Shown: one piece after another, positions 48,388 to 62,976 of the stretch | How positions within the stretch are numbered: position 1 is the first letter of the stretch | How the letters are laid out: every line of letters begins with the position of its first letter | Assembly: GCF_963921235.1 (NCBI RefSeq) | Contig: NC_086097.1 | Location: 2,480,001-2,544,000 of the forward strand | Length of the DNA stretch: 64,000 nt | Source: Mobula hypostoma | Taxonomy: Eukaryota | Reading direction: 5' to 3' | Notes under the pieces: model-generated | Database searches by the model: none | The model's input: only the letters and a program-made list of their open reading frames with translations | What the model was told of the DNA's origin: nothing | Translations under genes and position numbers: made by a program

Positions 48388-50895
48388 GAAAACATAGAAA
48401 ACCTACAACACAATACAGGCCCTTCGGCCTCCAAAGCTGTGCCGAACACATACTTTAGAAATTACCTGGGAACACTCATAACACACTGGAGGAACTCAGC
48501 AGGTCAGGCAGCATCCGTGGAAAAGATCGGTCGACGTTTCGGGCTGAAACTCTTCGTCAGGACTGTAGAGGGAAGGGGCAGAGGCCCTATAAAGAAGGTG
48601 GGGGAGGGTGGGAAGGAGAAGGCTGGTAGGTTCCAGGTGAAAAACCAGTAAGGGGAGAGATAAAGGGGTGGGGGAGGGGAGGCAGGGAGGTGATAGGCAG
48701 GAAAGGTGAAGAAGGAATAGGGGAAAACACAATGGGTAGTAGAAGGAGGCGGAACCATGAGGGAGGTGATAGGCAGCTGGGGGAGGGGCAGAGTGACATA
48801 GGGATAGAGGAGGGAGGGGGAGGGAATTACCGGAAGTTGGAGAATTCTATGTTCATACCAAGGGGCTGGAGACTACCTAGACGGTATATGAGGTGTTGCT
48901 CCTCCAACCTGAGTTTAGCCTCATCGTGACAGTACAAGAGGCCATGTATGGACATATCTGAATGGGAGTGGGAAGCAGAGTTGAAGTGGGTGGCTACTGG
49001 GAGATCCTGTCTGTCTTGGCGGACGGAGCGGAGGTGCTGGACGAAGCGGTCCCCCAATCTGCATCGGGTTTCACTGCTGTAGAGGAGGCCGCACTGGGAG
49101 CACCGGATGCAATAGATGACCCCAACAGACTCACAAGTGAAGTGTTGCCTCACTTGGAAGGACTGTTTGGGGCTCTGAATGGTGGCAAGAGAGGAGGTAT
49201 AGGGACAGGTGTAGCACTTGCGCTTACAGGGATAAGTGCCAGATGGGAGATCCGTGGGGAGGGACGTGTGGACCAGGGAGTTGCGGAGGGAGCAATCCCT
49301 GCGGAAAGCGGAGAGGGGTGGAGAGGGAAAGATGTGCTTAGTGGTGGGGTCCTGTTGAAGGTGGCGGAAGTTGCGGAGGATAATGTGCTGGATCCGGAAG
49401 CTGGTGGGGTGGTAGGTGAATTACCTAGGGTTACCCATAGCCCTCTATTTTTCTAAACTACATGTACCTATCCAGGATTCTTTTAAAAGACCCTGTCATA
49501 TCTGCCTCCAACAACGTTGTGGCAGCCCTTTCCATGCACTCACCACTCTGCATTTAAAAAAAAACATAACCCCTGGCATCTCCTCTGTACCTACTTCCAA
49601 GCATCTTAAAACTGTGCCCTTTCGTGTTAACCATTTCAACACTGGGAAAAAGCCTGTAGCTATCCACATCATCAATGCCTCTCATCATCTTATACACCTC
49701 TATCAGGTCACCTTTCATCCTCCATCACTTTAAGGAGAAAAGGCTGAGTTCACTCAAACTATTCTCATAAGGCATGCTCCCCAATCCAGGCAACATCCTT
49801 GTAAATCTCCTCTGCATCCTTTCTATAGTTTCCACATCCTTCCTGTAGTGAGATGACCAGAACTGAGCACAGTACTCCAAGTGGAGTTACCTCTCGACTC
49901 TTGAACTCAGTCCCACGATTGATGAAGGCCAATACACTGTATGCCTTCTTAACCACGGAGTCAACTTGCACAGCAGCTTTGAGTATCCTATGGACTCAGA
50001 CCCCAAGATCCCTCTGATCCTCCACACTGCCAAGAGTCTTACCATTAATACTATATTCTGCCATCATATTTAACCTACCAAAATGAGCTGCCTCACACTT
50101 ATCTGGGTCGAACTCCATCTGCCACTTCTCAGCCCATTTTTGCATCTAATCAATGTCCCGCTGTAACCTCTTACAGACCTCACACTATCCACAACACCCC
50201 CAACCTTTGTGTCATCAGCAAATTTACTAACCCATCCCTCCACTTCCTCATCCAGGTCATTTATAAAAATCACAAAGAGTAAGGGTCCCAGAACAGATCC
50301 CTAAGACACACCACTGGTCACCGACCGCCATGCAGAGTATGACCTGTCTACAACCACTCTTTGCCTTCTGTGGGCAAGCCAATTCTGGATCCACAAAGCA
50401 ATGTCCCCTTGGATCCCATGCCTCCTTACTTTCTCAATAAGCCTTGCATGGGGTACCTTATCAAATGCCTTGCTGAAATCCATATACACTACATCTACTG
50501 CTCTACCTTCATCAATATGTTTAGTCACATCCTCAAAAAAATCAGTCAGGCTCCTAAGGCATGCCCTGCCTTTGACAAAGCCATTCTGATTATTCTGAAT
50601 CATATTATGACTCTCCAAATGTTCATAAATCCTGCCTCTCAGGATCTTCTCCATCAACTTACCAACCACTGTATTAAGACTCACTGGTTTATAATTTCCA
50701 GGGCTATCTCTACTCCCTTTCTTGAATAAAGGAACAACATCTGCAACCCTCCAATCCTTCGGAACCTCTCCCGTCCCCATTGATGCAAAGGTCATTGCAA
50801 GAGGCTCAGCAATCTCCTCCCACAGTAGTCCAGGGTACATCTCGTCCGGTCCCGGTGACTTATCCAACTTAATGTTTTGCAAAAGCTCCAGCACA
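48388..50895 (-). mobile_element. CR1 ORF2 3' half (same subfamily as 1-1585), interrupted by a Penelope element
   Basis: ORFs 50301-50915, 50070-50273, 49765-49971; tail gaaaacatagaaaacctac at ~48388. Confidence 0.92.
48471..49418 (-). mobile_element. Penelope-like retroelement (GIY-YIG plus 3' end with hammerhead motif 48529-48565) inserted in a CR1 tail
   Basis: ORF 48827-49153: GVIYCIRCSQCGLLYSSETRCRLGDRFVQHL...LQPLGMNIEF; flanks AATTACCT(A)GGG on both sides. Confidence 0.9.
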
Positions 50896-52224
50896 TAGGG
50901 AAAAAGACTGATCATTCACCTTCTCTATGCCCTTTAATATTATATGTGTCTGTAAGTTTACCTCTCAGCTTCCCTCTCCAGGGTGAAAATCCCTAGCCTA
51001 TCCAGTCTCTCATTATAATTCAAATTCCAGCATGTTTGTGCATCCCTTCTCTATTTTAATGACATCCTTTGTATAGCTAGATGAGCAGAATGGATACATA
51101 GCACCCCAACTTTTGTACTCAATACCCTGACCGATGAAGGTAAATTTTCCAAATGTCTTCACCTCTTTGTCTACCTGTGATGCCATTTTCAGAGAGCACT
51201 GTCCTTGTACCTCCTACTTTTCCCCATTATGCAACAGTCTCCAGGGTATGCCAATTTACTGAGTAATTCCTGCCCTTGTTTAGCTTCCCACAGTGAGAAA
51301 CATTGCTCCTGGACACTGGAGATTCTGCAGATACTGGGCATTTAGAGGTTGGATATTCCTCTTGTCCAAGTGAAGTCAATCTGCTGTACTGCCCACTTTC
51401 CTCGTTGATCTAGAATCTAGAACATGTTCTAAATCCTGTTGTAATCTTGGATACCCACCTTCATTTTCCACTTCTACCGCCAATTTTGGTGTCATGTTTC
51501 TATGTCATCATGTTAACTATATTTTCATCCAAATATTTATATACATTGAAAATAGACATCAGTGTATCCCATAATTGGGCCCTAAGGCTCCAATTCAAAG
51601 ACCTATGATTTGAAATTTTAGTGTCTTAAGTATTTAGGCCTTTTAAATGATTTTTAGAAGATAGAACAGTACAGTACAGGAACAAGTCCGTCAGCCCACA
51701 ATGTTACACTGAACCAATTAAATTAGTAATCAAATGGCTAACTAAAGTCATCCCTTCTGCCTACACAATGTCCATATCCCTCCATTTTCTTCACATTCAT
51801 GTGCCTTCAGTGGAGGCAGATACCCTAGGCAGCATATTCCAAGCATCCTCCACTTTCTCTGTTAAAAAAAATTGCCCCTCACATCTCCTTTGAAATGATC
51901 CCCTTTCAGCTTAAATACACGCCCTCCAATATTAGATATTTCAACCCTGGGAAAAAGATACTATCTCGTCTATGCCTTTCATAATCTTATAAACCTCTAT
52001 CAGATCTTCCCTCGGCTCCACTGCTCCAGAAAAAACAACCCAATTTTGTCCAAATTTTTGTTTGGATGTTGGATTGATGGCTTTGTGGCTAAGTTTGCAG
52101 ACGATATAAGGATAGGTGAAAGGGTAGGTAGTGTTGAGGAAGTAGAGATACTACAGAAGGACTTAGTCAAATTAGGAGATTGAGCAATGAAGTGTCACGA
52201 AGGGTATGGTTATGCACTTTTGTA

Positions 52225-54950
52225 GACAACATCCACTGCTCTACCTCCATCAATGTGTTTTTTTACATCCTTAAAAGAATTCAATCAGATACATAAGGCA
52301 AAACCTGCCCTTGACAAAGCCATGCTGATTATCCCTAATCAGATTATGTCTCTCCAAATGCTCATAAGTCTTGCCTCTGAAGATCTTCTCCAACAACTTG
52401 CCCACCACTGAAGTCAGACATACTGGTCTATAATTTCCTGGGTTATCTCTATTCCCTTTCTTGAACAAGTGAACAATATTTGCAACCCTCCAATCCACCC
52501 GAACCTCTCCCATCCCTATTGATGACACAAAGATCATCGCAAAAGGCTCAGAAATCTCATCCCTCATGTCCCACAGTAGCTTGGGTTATATCGCATCTGG
52601 ACCCAGTGACTTATCTAACTTAATGCTTTCCAAAAGATCCAGCACATCTTCTTTCTTAATGTCTATATGCTCAAGCTTTTCAGTCCACTGTAAGTCATCT
52701 CCACAATTGCCAAGGTCCCTTTCCCTGGTGAATACTGAAGCAAAGTATTCATTAAATACCTCCTCAACCCCCTCCAACTCCATGCATGTTTCCACTGTCA
52801 CACCTGATTGGTCCTATTGTCACACGTCTTATCCTCTTGCTCTTCACATACTTGTAGAATGCCTTGGGGTTTTCCTTAATCCTGCTCCCCAAGGCCTTCT
52901 CATGGCCCCTTCTGGCTCTCCTAATTCCATTCTTAAGCTCCTTCCTGGCAACCTTGTGATTTTCTAGAGCTCTAACAGTACCTCATTTCTTGAACCTTTC
53001 ATAAGCTTTTCTTTTCTTCTTAACTAGATTTTCTACATCTTTTGTACACCATGGTTCTTTAACTCTACCATCCTTTCTCTGCCTCAATGGAACCTACTGA
53101 TGCAGAACTCCATGCAAATGTTCCTTGAACATTTGCCACATTTCTGCTGTGCATTTCCCTGAGAACATCTGCTCCGGTTTATGCTCCCAATTTTCTGCCT
53201 AATAGCATCATTTCCCCCATCCCAATTAAATGTTTTCCCAAATTGTCTGCTCCTATCCCTCTCCAGTGCTATGGTAAAGGAGACAGAGTTGTGGTCACAC
53301 CTCCAGAATGCTGTCCCACCGCGAGATCTGACACCTGACCAGGTTCATTTCCCAATACCAGATCAAGTACAGCCTCTCCTCTAGTTGGCTCATCTACATA
53401 TTGCATCAGGAAACCTTCCTGAACACACCTAACAAACTCCACCCCATCTAAACCCCCTGCACTAAGGAGATGCCAATCAATATTAGGAAAGTTAATATCT
53501 CCCATCACAACAACCCTATTATTATTGAACCATTTCAGAATCTGCCTCCCTATCTGCTCCTTGATATCCCTGTTACTACTGGGGGGTCTATAAAAAACAC
53601 CCAGTAGAGTTATTGCCCCTTTCCTGTTTCTGACTTCCACCCACACTGACTCAGTTGACAATCCCTCCATGACTTCCTCCTTTTCTGCAGCCGTGACACT
53701 GTCCCTGATTAGCAATGCCATGCCCACACCTCTTTTGCCTCCCTCTCTGTTCTCTTTGAAACATCTAAAGCCCGGCACACTCAGCAGCCATTCCTGCTCC
53801 TGAGACATCCGAGTCTCTGTAATGGCCACAATGTCATAGTTCCACCTATTGATCCTCGTTCTAAGTTAATCTGCAATGTTTATGATACTCCTTGCATTAA
53901 AATAGACACATCTCAAACCATCTGGCTGAGTGCTTCTTTGTTCTAACACCTGCCTATCCGTCCTCACAAACTCCCTACAAGCTGTCTCTACTTGTGCTCC
54001 AACCTCCCCATCCTCTGCCTCTTCACTTCGGTTCCCCACCCCCTACAAACCTAGTTTAAACCCTCCCCAATAGCATTAGCAAACCTCCCCGCCAGGATAT
54101 TGGCCCCCTCAGATTCAAGTGCAACCTGTCCTTTATATACAGGTCACACCTGCCCCAGAAGATCATCCCAATGATCCAAAAATCTGAATCCCTGCCCCCT
54201 GCTCCAATCCCTCAGCCACGCATTTATCCTCCACCTCATTCTATTCCTATACTCAATGTCACTTGGCACAGTCAGTAATCCCAAGATTACTACCTTCATG
54301 GTCCTGCTTCTCAACTTCCTTCCTAACTCCCTGTAGTCTGTTTTCAGGACCTCCTCGTTTTTCCTACCTATGTCGCTGGTACCAATATGTACCACGACCT
54401 CTGGCTGCTCACCCTCCCATCTCCGGATAATGTGGACGCGATCAGAAACATCACGAACCGTGGCACCTGGGAGGCAAACTACCATCCGTGTTTCTTTCCT
54501 GCGTCCACAGAATCACCTGTCTGACACCCGAACTATAGAGTCCCCTATCACTGCCTCCATCCTCTCCCTTTCCCTACCTTTCTGAGCCACAGGGCCAAAC
54601 TCTGTGCCAGAGGCACGTCCACTGTTGCTTCCCCCAGGTAGGTCATCCCCCCCAACAGTACTCAAACAGGAGTAATTATTGTTAAGGGGGACAACCACAG
54701 GGGTTCTCTCCACTACCTGACGCCCTCCCTTCTGTCTCCCGACGGTTACCCACTTCTCTGTCTCCAGTAGCCTAGGGGTGACTACCTGCCTGTAGCTCCT
54801 GTCTATCACCTCCTCACTTTCCCTAATAAGCTGAAGGTCATCGAGCTGCAGCTCCAGATCCCTAACTCGGTCTCTAAGGAGCTGCAGCTCAACGCACCTG
54901 GCACAGATGTGGCCATCGGGAAGGCTGGAAGTCTTCTGGACATCTACCCA
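52225..54950 (-). mobile_element. CR1 LINE 5' portion: ORF1 (esterase-like) plus APE and start of RT
   Basis: ORFs 54513-54809, 54144-54485 (VVVHIGTSD), 53269-53829 (AITET, FYRPP, MGDINFP), 52271-52801. Confidence 0.92.
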
Positions 54951-55254
54951 CTATTCTAATGCGCTGAGCCCCACGAAACGCTCCTTTTCAAAACTCTTCT
55001 CCCCAACCTCTCTTGGAATTGATTGGTCCGTCGCTAATGCCATACAGTGCGGAACAGGCCCTATTGGCACAATTCGCACCACCCAGAGACCCAACTATTT
55101 AACCCCATCCTAATCACAGGACAACTTACAATGACCAATTAACCTCATAACTGGTACGTCTTTGGAATGTGGGAGGAAACCAGAGCACCCAGAGGAAATC
55201 CACATGATCATGGGAAGGATGCACAAATCCTTATAGAGGATGCCGGAATTGATT

Positions 55255-57075
55255 CTAAAAGATTTTTTAAGTATATAAAGAGTAAAAGAGGGTTGAGGGT
55301 AGAGAGAAGGACCAATAGAAAATGACGCTGGAGATATTGTAATGAGAGACGCAGAGATGACAGAGGAACTGAATGCGTATTTTACATCAGTCTTCACTGT
55401 GGAAGACAGTTGCAGTATCCTGAACATTCAAGAGTGTCAGGGAAGTGAAGTTTGTGCAGTGAAAATTACGACTGAGAAGGTGCTCAGGAAGCTTAATGGT
55501 CTGAGGGTGGATAAATCTCCTGGACCTGATGGAATGCACCCTCGGGTTCTGAAGGAAGTAGCTGGAGAGATTGCGGAGGCATTAACAATGATCCTTCAAG
55601 AATCGATAGATTCTGGCATTGTACTGGATGACTGGAAAGTTGCAAGTGTTACTCCACTATTTAAGAAGGGTGGGAGGCAGCAGAAAGGAAACTATAGACC
55701 TGTTAACCTGACATCAGTGGTTGAGAAGTTGTTGGAATTGATTGTTAGGGATGAGATTATGGAGTGCCTGAAGGCACATGACAGGATAGGCCAAAACCAG
55801 CATGGTTTCCTGAAAGGAAAATCCTGCCTGACAAACCTACTGTAATTCTTTGAGGAAATTACGAGCAGGGTAGACAAAGGAGATGCAGTAGATGTGGTGT
55901 ACTTGGATTTTCAGAAGGCCTTTGACAAGGTGCCGCACATGAGGTTGCTTAGCAAGATAAGAGCCCATGGAATTACAAGGAAGTTACTAGTGTGGGTGGA
56001 GCATTGGCTGATCGGCAGGAAACAGAGAGTGGGAATCAAGGGATCCTATTCTGACTGGCTGCCGGTTACCAGTGGAGTTCCACAGGGATAGGTGTTGGGA
56101 GCACTGCTTTTTACGATGTATGTCAATGATTTGGACTATGGGATTAATGAATTTGTAGCTAATTTTGCCGATGATACAAAGGTAGGTGGAGGAGCGGGTA
56201 GTGTTGAGGAAACAAAGAGCCTGCAGAAAGACTTAGGTAGTTTAGGGGAATGGGCAAAGAAGTGGCAAATGAAATACAATGTTAGAAAGTCATGCACTTT
56301 GGTGGAAGAAATAAATGGTTGGACTATTATTTAGATGGGGAGAGAATTCAAAATGCAGAGATGCAAAGGGACTTGGGAGTCCTTGTGCAAGATACCCTAA
56401 AGTTGAGTCGGTAGTGAAGAAGGCAAATGCAATGTTGGCATTCATTTCTAGAGGTATAGAATGTAAGAGCAGGGATGTGATGTTGAGGCTCTATAAGGCA
56501 CTCGTGAGACCACACTTGGAGTATTGTATACAGTTTTGGGATCCTTATTTTAGAAAGGATATACTGATATTGGAGAGGGTTCAGAGAAGAGTCATGAGAA
56601 TGATTCCAGGAATGAAAGGGTTACCGTATGAGGAACGTCTGGCAGCTCTTGGGCTGTATTCCCTGGAGTTCAGGAGAATGAGGGGGGATCTCATAGAAAC
56701 ATTCTGAATGTTAAAAGGCCTGAACAGATTAGATATGGCAAAGTTGTTTCCCATGGTAGGGGATTCTAGGACAAGAGGGCATGATTTTAGGATTGAAGGG
56801 CATCCATTTAGAACTGAAATGTGGAGAAATTACTTTCATCAGAGTGTGGTAAATCTGTGGAACTTGTTGTCATGGGTGACTGTGGAGGCCAAGTCACTGG
56901 GTGTATTTAAGGCAGATGTAGATAGATTCTTGATTAGCCAGGGCATCAAAGGGTATGGGGTGAAAGCAGGGGAGTGGGGATGACTGGAGAAATTGGATCA
57001 GCCCGTGATTGAATGGCAGAGCAGACTCGATGGGCCGAATGGCCTACTTCTGCTGCTATACCTTATGGTCTTATT
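55255..57075 (+). mobile_element. CR1 ORF2 RT plus 3' tail
   Basis: ORFs 55342-55845, 55894-56091, 56092-56334 (ANFADDTK), 56315-56983. Confidence 0.93.
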
Positions 57076-58164
57076 GCCTTATGAACTCTGACCTCCAATG
57101 CCCGAGCTGTAATAGCACTGTGCTAACTGCCATGCTACCAAGCTGCCCTTTATCAACTGGTAGCTCTTCCACAGCAGATCTCTAACATTATCAACAATGT
57201 AAGAAATATAGAGAATTTCAAAAACAATCAGCAGGTCAGCATCTGTGGAAAGTGAAAGAAAGGTAATATTTCAGATCAAAGGCTCTTCAGGACGGGTGAA
57301 GAGAGAGACCATGCTAGTGTAATTTGGAGAGCCAGTGGGAGAGGATTAGATAGGTCGGTGGGATGGGGATATGACGTGGGGAGTTCATCCAGTTGCTGCC
57401 TTGATGGGAACAGATAAAATGTGCAAAGTGACAAGTTGAGGGAAGTCTGAGGGTGAGGACAGGAAGATACAGACACTGATTCGAGATACAGCGTAGAACA
57501 GGCCCTTCCACCAAGAAGCACCGCTTAGTAACATCCCATTTAACCCGAGCCTAATCAAGCACTATTTACAATGACCAATTAACCTACTAAACAGAACATT
57601 TTTGGTCTGTGGGAAGAAACCAGAGTGCCTGGACGAAACCTACATGGTCAAAGGGAGAATGTACAGGGTCCTTACGGGTAGCTCCAGACTTGGATTCCAA
57701 ACTCTGAAATGCCCTGAGCTGTAATGGCCCAGTACTAACCTCTATGTCACCAACTCCAGGGCTGCTGGACAATCCTGGCAGCTCAGGCTATGTGGATGGA
57801 ACTGGAAAAGGGTTATTATTGCATAAAGTACAAGGTCACGACGAGGTAGATTGTGAGGTCAAGAGTCCACCTTATCGTACCAGGGAACCATTAAAGAGTC
57901 CTGTAACAGCGGAGTGGCGTACAAGTTGTACGCTTTAAGGCTTTTGAAACTGACTCGAAGAGCCAGAAGGGCCTTTTCCATGCTTTATCTCAACGAGTAA
58001 AAAATAAATATGCTTTCTATTGCATATCAGCAAAAATTAGTAAGGGTCAACAGGTCATGCCAATTTTCTTTACCCTCCTGAAGTCTGCTTTCATTACAGT
58101 GATGTCAATGTGGTTGAACTGGGACAGGCTATCAATGATGTTCACGTCTGGGAAATAACTGTGC

Positions 58165-58967
58165 ACACTGTTTTCTAAATGGGGAGAAAATTCAAAAATC
58201 TGAGATGCAAAGGGACTTGGGAGTCCTTGGACAGGACACCCCAAAGGTTAACTTGCAGGTCGAGTCGGTGGAAGGCAAATGCCATGTTAGCATTCATTTC
58301 AAGAAGACTAGAATACAAGAGCAGGGATGTGATGCTGAGGCTTTATAAGACGCTGGTGAGGTCTCACCTTGAGTATTGTGAACAGTTTTGGGCTCCTCAT
58401 CTTAGAAAAGGTGTGCTGGCATTGGAGAGGGTCCAGAGGAGGTTCACAAGGATGATTCCAGGAATGAAAGAGTTATCATATGAGGAATGTTTGATGGCTC
58501 TTGGTCTGTACTCACTGGAATTCAGTAGGCTGAGGGAGGATCTCATTGAAACCTTTTGAATATTGAAAGGCCTAGACAGAGTAGATGTGGAAAGGATGTT
58601 TCCCATGGTGGGAGAGTCTAGACAAGAGGGCACAGCCTCAGGATAGAGGAGTGTCCATTTAAAACAGAGATGCGGAGAAAATTCTTTAGCCAGAGGGTGG
58701 TGAATTTGGTGAATTTGTGGAATTTGTTGCCACATGCAGCTGTGGAGGCCAGGTCATTGGGTGTATTTAAGGCAGAGATTGATAAGTTCTTGATCGGACA
58801 TGGCATCAAAGGTTACGGGGAGAAGATCGGGAACTAGGGTTGAGGAAGAGAAGAATAAAAGGAACGGCCATGATTGAATGGCGGAGCAGACTCAATGGGC
58901 CCAGTTCCTGGCCTTCTCCCCGTAACCTTTGATGCCATGTCCAATCAAGAATTTATTAATCTCTGCC
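58165..58967 (+). mobile_element. CR1 3' fragment with a terminal inverted duplication
   Basis: ORF 58179-58559; 58900-58967 is the reverse complement of ~58771-58839. Confidence 0.87.
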
Positions 58968-59187
58968 CCCCTTCCTGAGGTCAATGACCAGCTCTTTTGT
59001 TTTGCTAATATCCAGGAAAAGGCTGTTGTGACATTGTGTCACTAAACTCTTAATCTCCTTCTTGTACTCTGACTCATTGTTACTTGAGTTACAATGCACC
59101 ACAGTGGTATCATCTGCAGACTTGTTGATGGAGTTAAAGGACAATCTGACCACACATTCATGAGTGTAGAGAAGGGGCTAAGGACAT

Positions 59188-62020
59188 TGAACATAGAACA
59201 GTACAGCACAGCACAGCGACAAGTCTTATATCCCACAATGTTCAGCTGAACCAATTATATTAGTAATCAAATGGCCACCTAAACTAATCCTTTCTGGCTA
59301 CACAATGTCCATTTCTTCCATTCCCCTCACTTTCATGTCCCTATTTAAATGTCTTTTAAAAGTCCCTAATGTATCTGCCACTACCACCACCCCAGGCAGC
59401 ACGTTCCAGGCTCCCTCCACTCTCTGTATAAACTTGCCCCTCACATCTTCTTTGAAATTACCCCCTCTCACCTTAAATGCATGTCCTCTGATATTAAACA
59501 TTTCAACCCTGGGAAAAAGATACTCCCTGTCTACTCTATCTATGCCTCTCATAATCTTATAAACCTCTATTTGATCTCCCCTCAACCGCCACTGTTCCAG
59601 AGAAAACAACCCAAGTTTGTCCAATCACAAACAAGAGAAAATCTGCAGGTGCTGGAAATCCGAGCAACACACACAAAGTGCTGAGGGAACTCGGTGGGCC
59701 AGGCAGCATCTATGGAAAAAAGTATAGTCGGCGTTTTGGGCCAAAACCCATCAGCAGAACTGAAGAAAAAAGCTGAGGAGTAGATTTAAAAGGAGGGGGA
59801 CGGGAGAGAGAACCACCAGGTGACAGGTGAAACCTGGAGGTGGGATGGATGAAGTAAGGAGCTGGGAAGCTGAGGTGAGAGAGGGAAAAGGGGATGGGAA
59901 ATGAAGAAGGAAGGGGACGGGGTTTGGGGGGGCAATACCAGCAGTTGGAGAAATTGATGTTCATGCCATCAGGTTTTCCTTGCAAGTGGAACAAGTGCTA
60001 CACATGCCCCTACACCAACTCTCTCACTGCCATTCAGGGCCCCAAACAGTCCTTCCAGGTGAGGCGACACTTCACCTGTGAGTCTGTTGGTGTCATAAAC
60101 CGTGTCCGGTGCTCCCGGTGTGGCCTCCTGTATATCAATGAGATCCGACTTGGATTGGGAGATGCTTTGCCGAGCATCAATGCTCCATCGGCCAGAACAA
60201 GTAGGATCTCCCAGTGGCCACCCATTTTAATTCCACTTCCCATTCCCATTCTGATATGTCCATCCGTGGCCTCCTCCACTGTCGGAACAAGGCCACACTC
60301 AGGTTGGAGGAACACACCTTTTATTCTGTTTGGGTAGCCTCCAACCTGATGGCCATGAACATCAATTTCTCAAACTTCCAGTAATGCCCCCTAACCCCCC
60401 TCCCTTCCCCATTTCCCATCCCCCTTTCCCTCTCCCACCTCAGCTCACCAATCAACTTTCCATCTCTTTACTTCATCCCTCCCCCTCCAGGTTTCACCTG
60501 TCACCTGGTATTTCTCTCTCCCCTGCCCCACCTTCTAAATCGACGACTCAGCTTTCTTTCTCTGCTCCTGCTGAAGGGTTTCGCCTGAAACATCGACTGT
60601 AATTTTTTCCATAGATGCTGCCTGGCCTGCTGAGCTCCTCAAGCATTTTTCATGTGTTGTCTCTCGTTATAGCACATGCCGTCTAATCCAGGCAACATCT
60701 TGCTAAACCTGTTCTGCACCCTCTCCAAAACATCGACATCCTTCCTATAATGGGTCAACCAGAACCAAATACAATACTCCAGATACGGCCTAACTGGAGT
60801 TTTATAAAGCTACATCATATCTTCCTGACTTTTGAACTCAGTGCCTTGACTAATAAAAGCGAGCATGCCATATGTCTTCTCAACCTCCTTATCTACCTAT
60901 GTCATCACTTTCATGGAGCTGTGAACTTGGACCTCAAAATCCCTCTGCTCATCAACACTTATGGGTCTTGTCCTTAAGAGTGTACTGTCTCTTTACATTT
61001 GACCGGGTTAAATTCCATCTGCTATTTCTCTGCTCGTATCAGCAACTGATCTATATCCCACTGTATTCTTTGCCAGTCACCTACACTATCCACAACACCA
61101 ATCTTCGTATCATCTGCAAACTTACTAACCCATCCAGGTCATTTATATACATTACAAACAGCAGAGGTTCCAGTACAGATCCCTGTAGAACACCACTAAT
61201 CAGACCTCCAGCTAGAATAAGTCCCTTCGACCACTACCCTTTGTCTTCTATGGGCAACCCAGTTCTGAATCCAAGTGGGAAATTCGCCATGGATCCCATG
61301 CATTTTCTGGATGAGCCTCCAGTGAGGGATCTTGTCAAATGTCTTACTAAATCCCTGTAGACAACATCCACAGCTCTACCTTCATCAATCACCTTTGTCA
61401 CCTCATCAAAAACTCAATTAAGTCAGTAAGACATGACTTGCCCTGCAGAAAACCAAGCTGTCTCTTGCTAATTAGGCCATCATTTTCCAAATGCTCATAA
61501 ATCCTATCTCTAAGAATTCTGTCTAGTAACTTCCCTACCACTGACCTGAAATTCACTGGTCTATAGTTTCCAGGATTGTCTCCTCTTCCCTTCTGGAATA
61601 ATGGAATGTTATTAGATACTCACCAGTCCTGCAGGACCTTGCCTGTGGCTAGAGAGGACACACAGATACTAGTCAAGGTTCCAGCAATCTTGTCTGTTAC
61701 CTCTCTCAATAATCTGGGATATATCCCATCAGACCCTGAGGATATCCACCTTAACACTCTTTAATAGATCGCACACTACCTCTTCATTTATCTCGCAATA
61801 CCCAAGCATATTAACATGCTCAGCACTTAGCTCTCTATCCACCGTGTCCTTCTCGGTAAATACTGAAGCAAAGTATTCAGTAAGGACCTCACCCACATCC
61901 TTCTCACCAAGAAAATGATTTCCCCCCTTTATCCATGAGTGGTCACCTTCTCCCTAGTTATCCTCTTGCTCCTGATGTTGGCATAGAATGCCTTGGGATT
62001 CTACTTGCCAAGGACTTTTC
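59188..62020 (-). mobile_element. Older CR1 ORF2, interrupted by a Penelope element at ~59627-60660
   Basis: ORF 59298-59624 (LFSLEQWRLRGDQIEVYKIMRG); decayed RT sequence continues 60660-62020. Confidence 0.82.
59627..60660 (+). mobile_element. Penelope-like element with an inverted upstream 3' end (pseudo-LTR arrangement)
   Basis: 59627-59975 is a minus-strand 3' end; 59975-60660 is plus-strand GIY-YIG (VINRVRCSRCGLLYINE) plus 3' end; degenerate hammerheads at ~59726-59762 (-) and ~60565-60599 (+). Confidence 0.85.
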
Positions 62021-62024
62021 ATTA

Positions 62025-62384
62025 TATACAAGAGATAGAGGCATACAAGATAATAAGAGGAATAGATAGAGTGGACAGCTAGTGTCTCTTCCCCAGGGCA
62101 CCACTGATCGATACAAGAGGACATGGCTTTAAGGTAAGGGGTGGGAAGTTCAAGGGGGATATTAGAGGAAGGTTTTTTACTCAGAGAGTGGTTGGTGCGT
62201 GGAATGCACTGCCTGAGTCAGTGGTGGAGGCAGGTACACTAGTGAAGTTTGAGAGACTACTAGACAGGTATATGGAGGAATTTAAGGTGGGGGCTTATAT
62301 GGGAGGCAGGGTTTGAGGGTCGGCACAACATTGTGGGCTGAAGGGCCTGTAATGTGCTGTACTATTCTATGTCCTATGTTCTAT
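62025..62384 (+). mobile_element. CR1 3' fragment
   Basis: gatagaggcatacaagataataagaggaatagatagagtggac...tattctatgtcctatgttctat tail. Confidence 0.85.
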
Positions 62385-62976
62385 GGCCCCTCCTAGCTTC
62401 ATTATAATCCTCAAGTGTTCTGTTTGACTCTAGCTTACTAAGCTTTACATACTTTTCCTTTTTCTTCTTCACTAAACATCACCTCTCTCAACACCCAAAG
62501 TCCTTTTACTTTGCTATCTTAAAACTGAAGGGGTTGCGGTTGCTGTTCCCTAACTGTTCACCCATTGAGAGGTCAACCTCGTGGAAAATGAAGAAAGAAC
62601 AACTGAAAGAAGAGAAAATCTGCAGATACTGGAAACAACTGATCCAATATCTGATGGATGACATAGCAAGAATGGCCAGTTCTGAATAGTTACTGGTGGC
62701 TTCCCAGTTCTTGTCGAGAGAATATTTGACAACTGATCAAAAAAAAAGATCCTGTGTCGAGGAAAATCTTTATAATAGGTTTTATTTCTGATAAGCCCAA
62801 GCTGAGGGGCAGACATTTCAGACGGTGCTGGAATACAGGACGAGGCCATGATTATAGGCAGACAGTTTATATGCCTTCTGGTTTATGGGTGCTGAGGTAG
62901 CATGACTCTATCATAACTTGCGCATTCTGGAGTTCAGAGCTCAGTTCCGGTGCCATCTTTTTGTACGTTCTACCCA

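Noticed and set aside
62540..62860. Possible GON7 or other exon in unique-looking sequence
   Set aside because: No recognisable peptide or convincing splice-site pair
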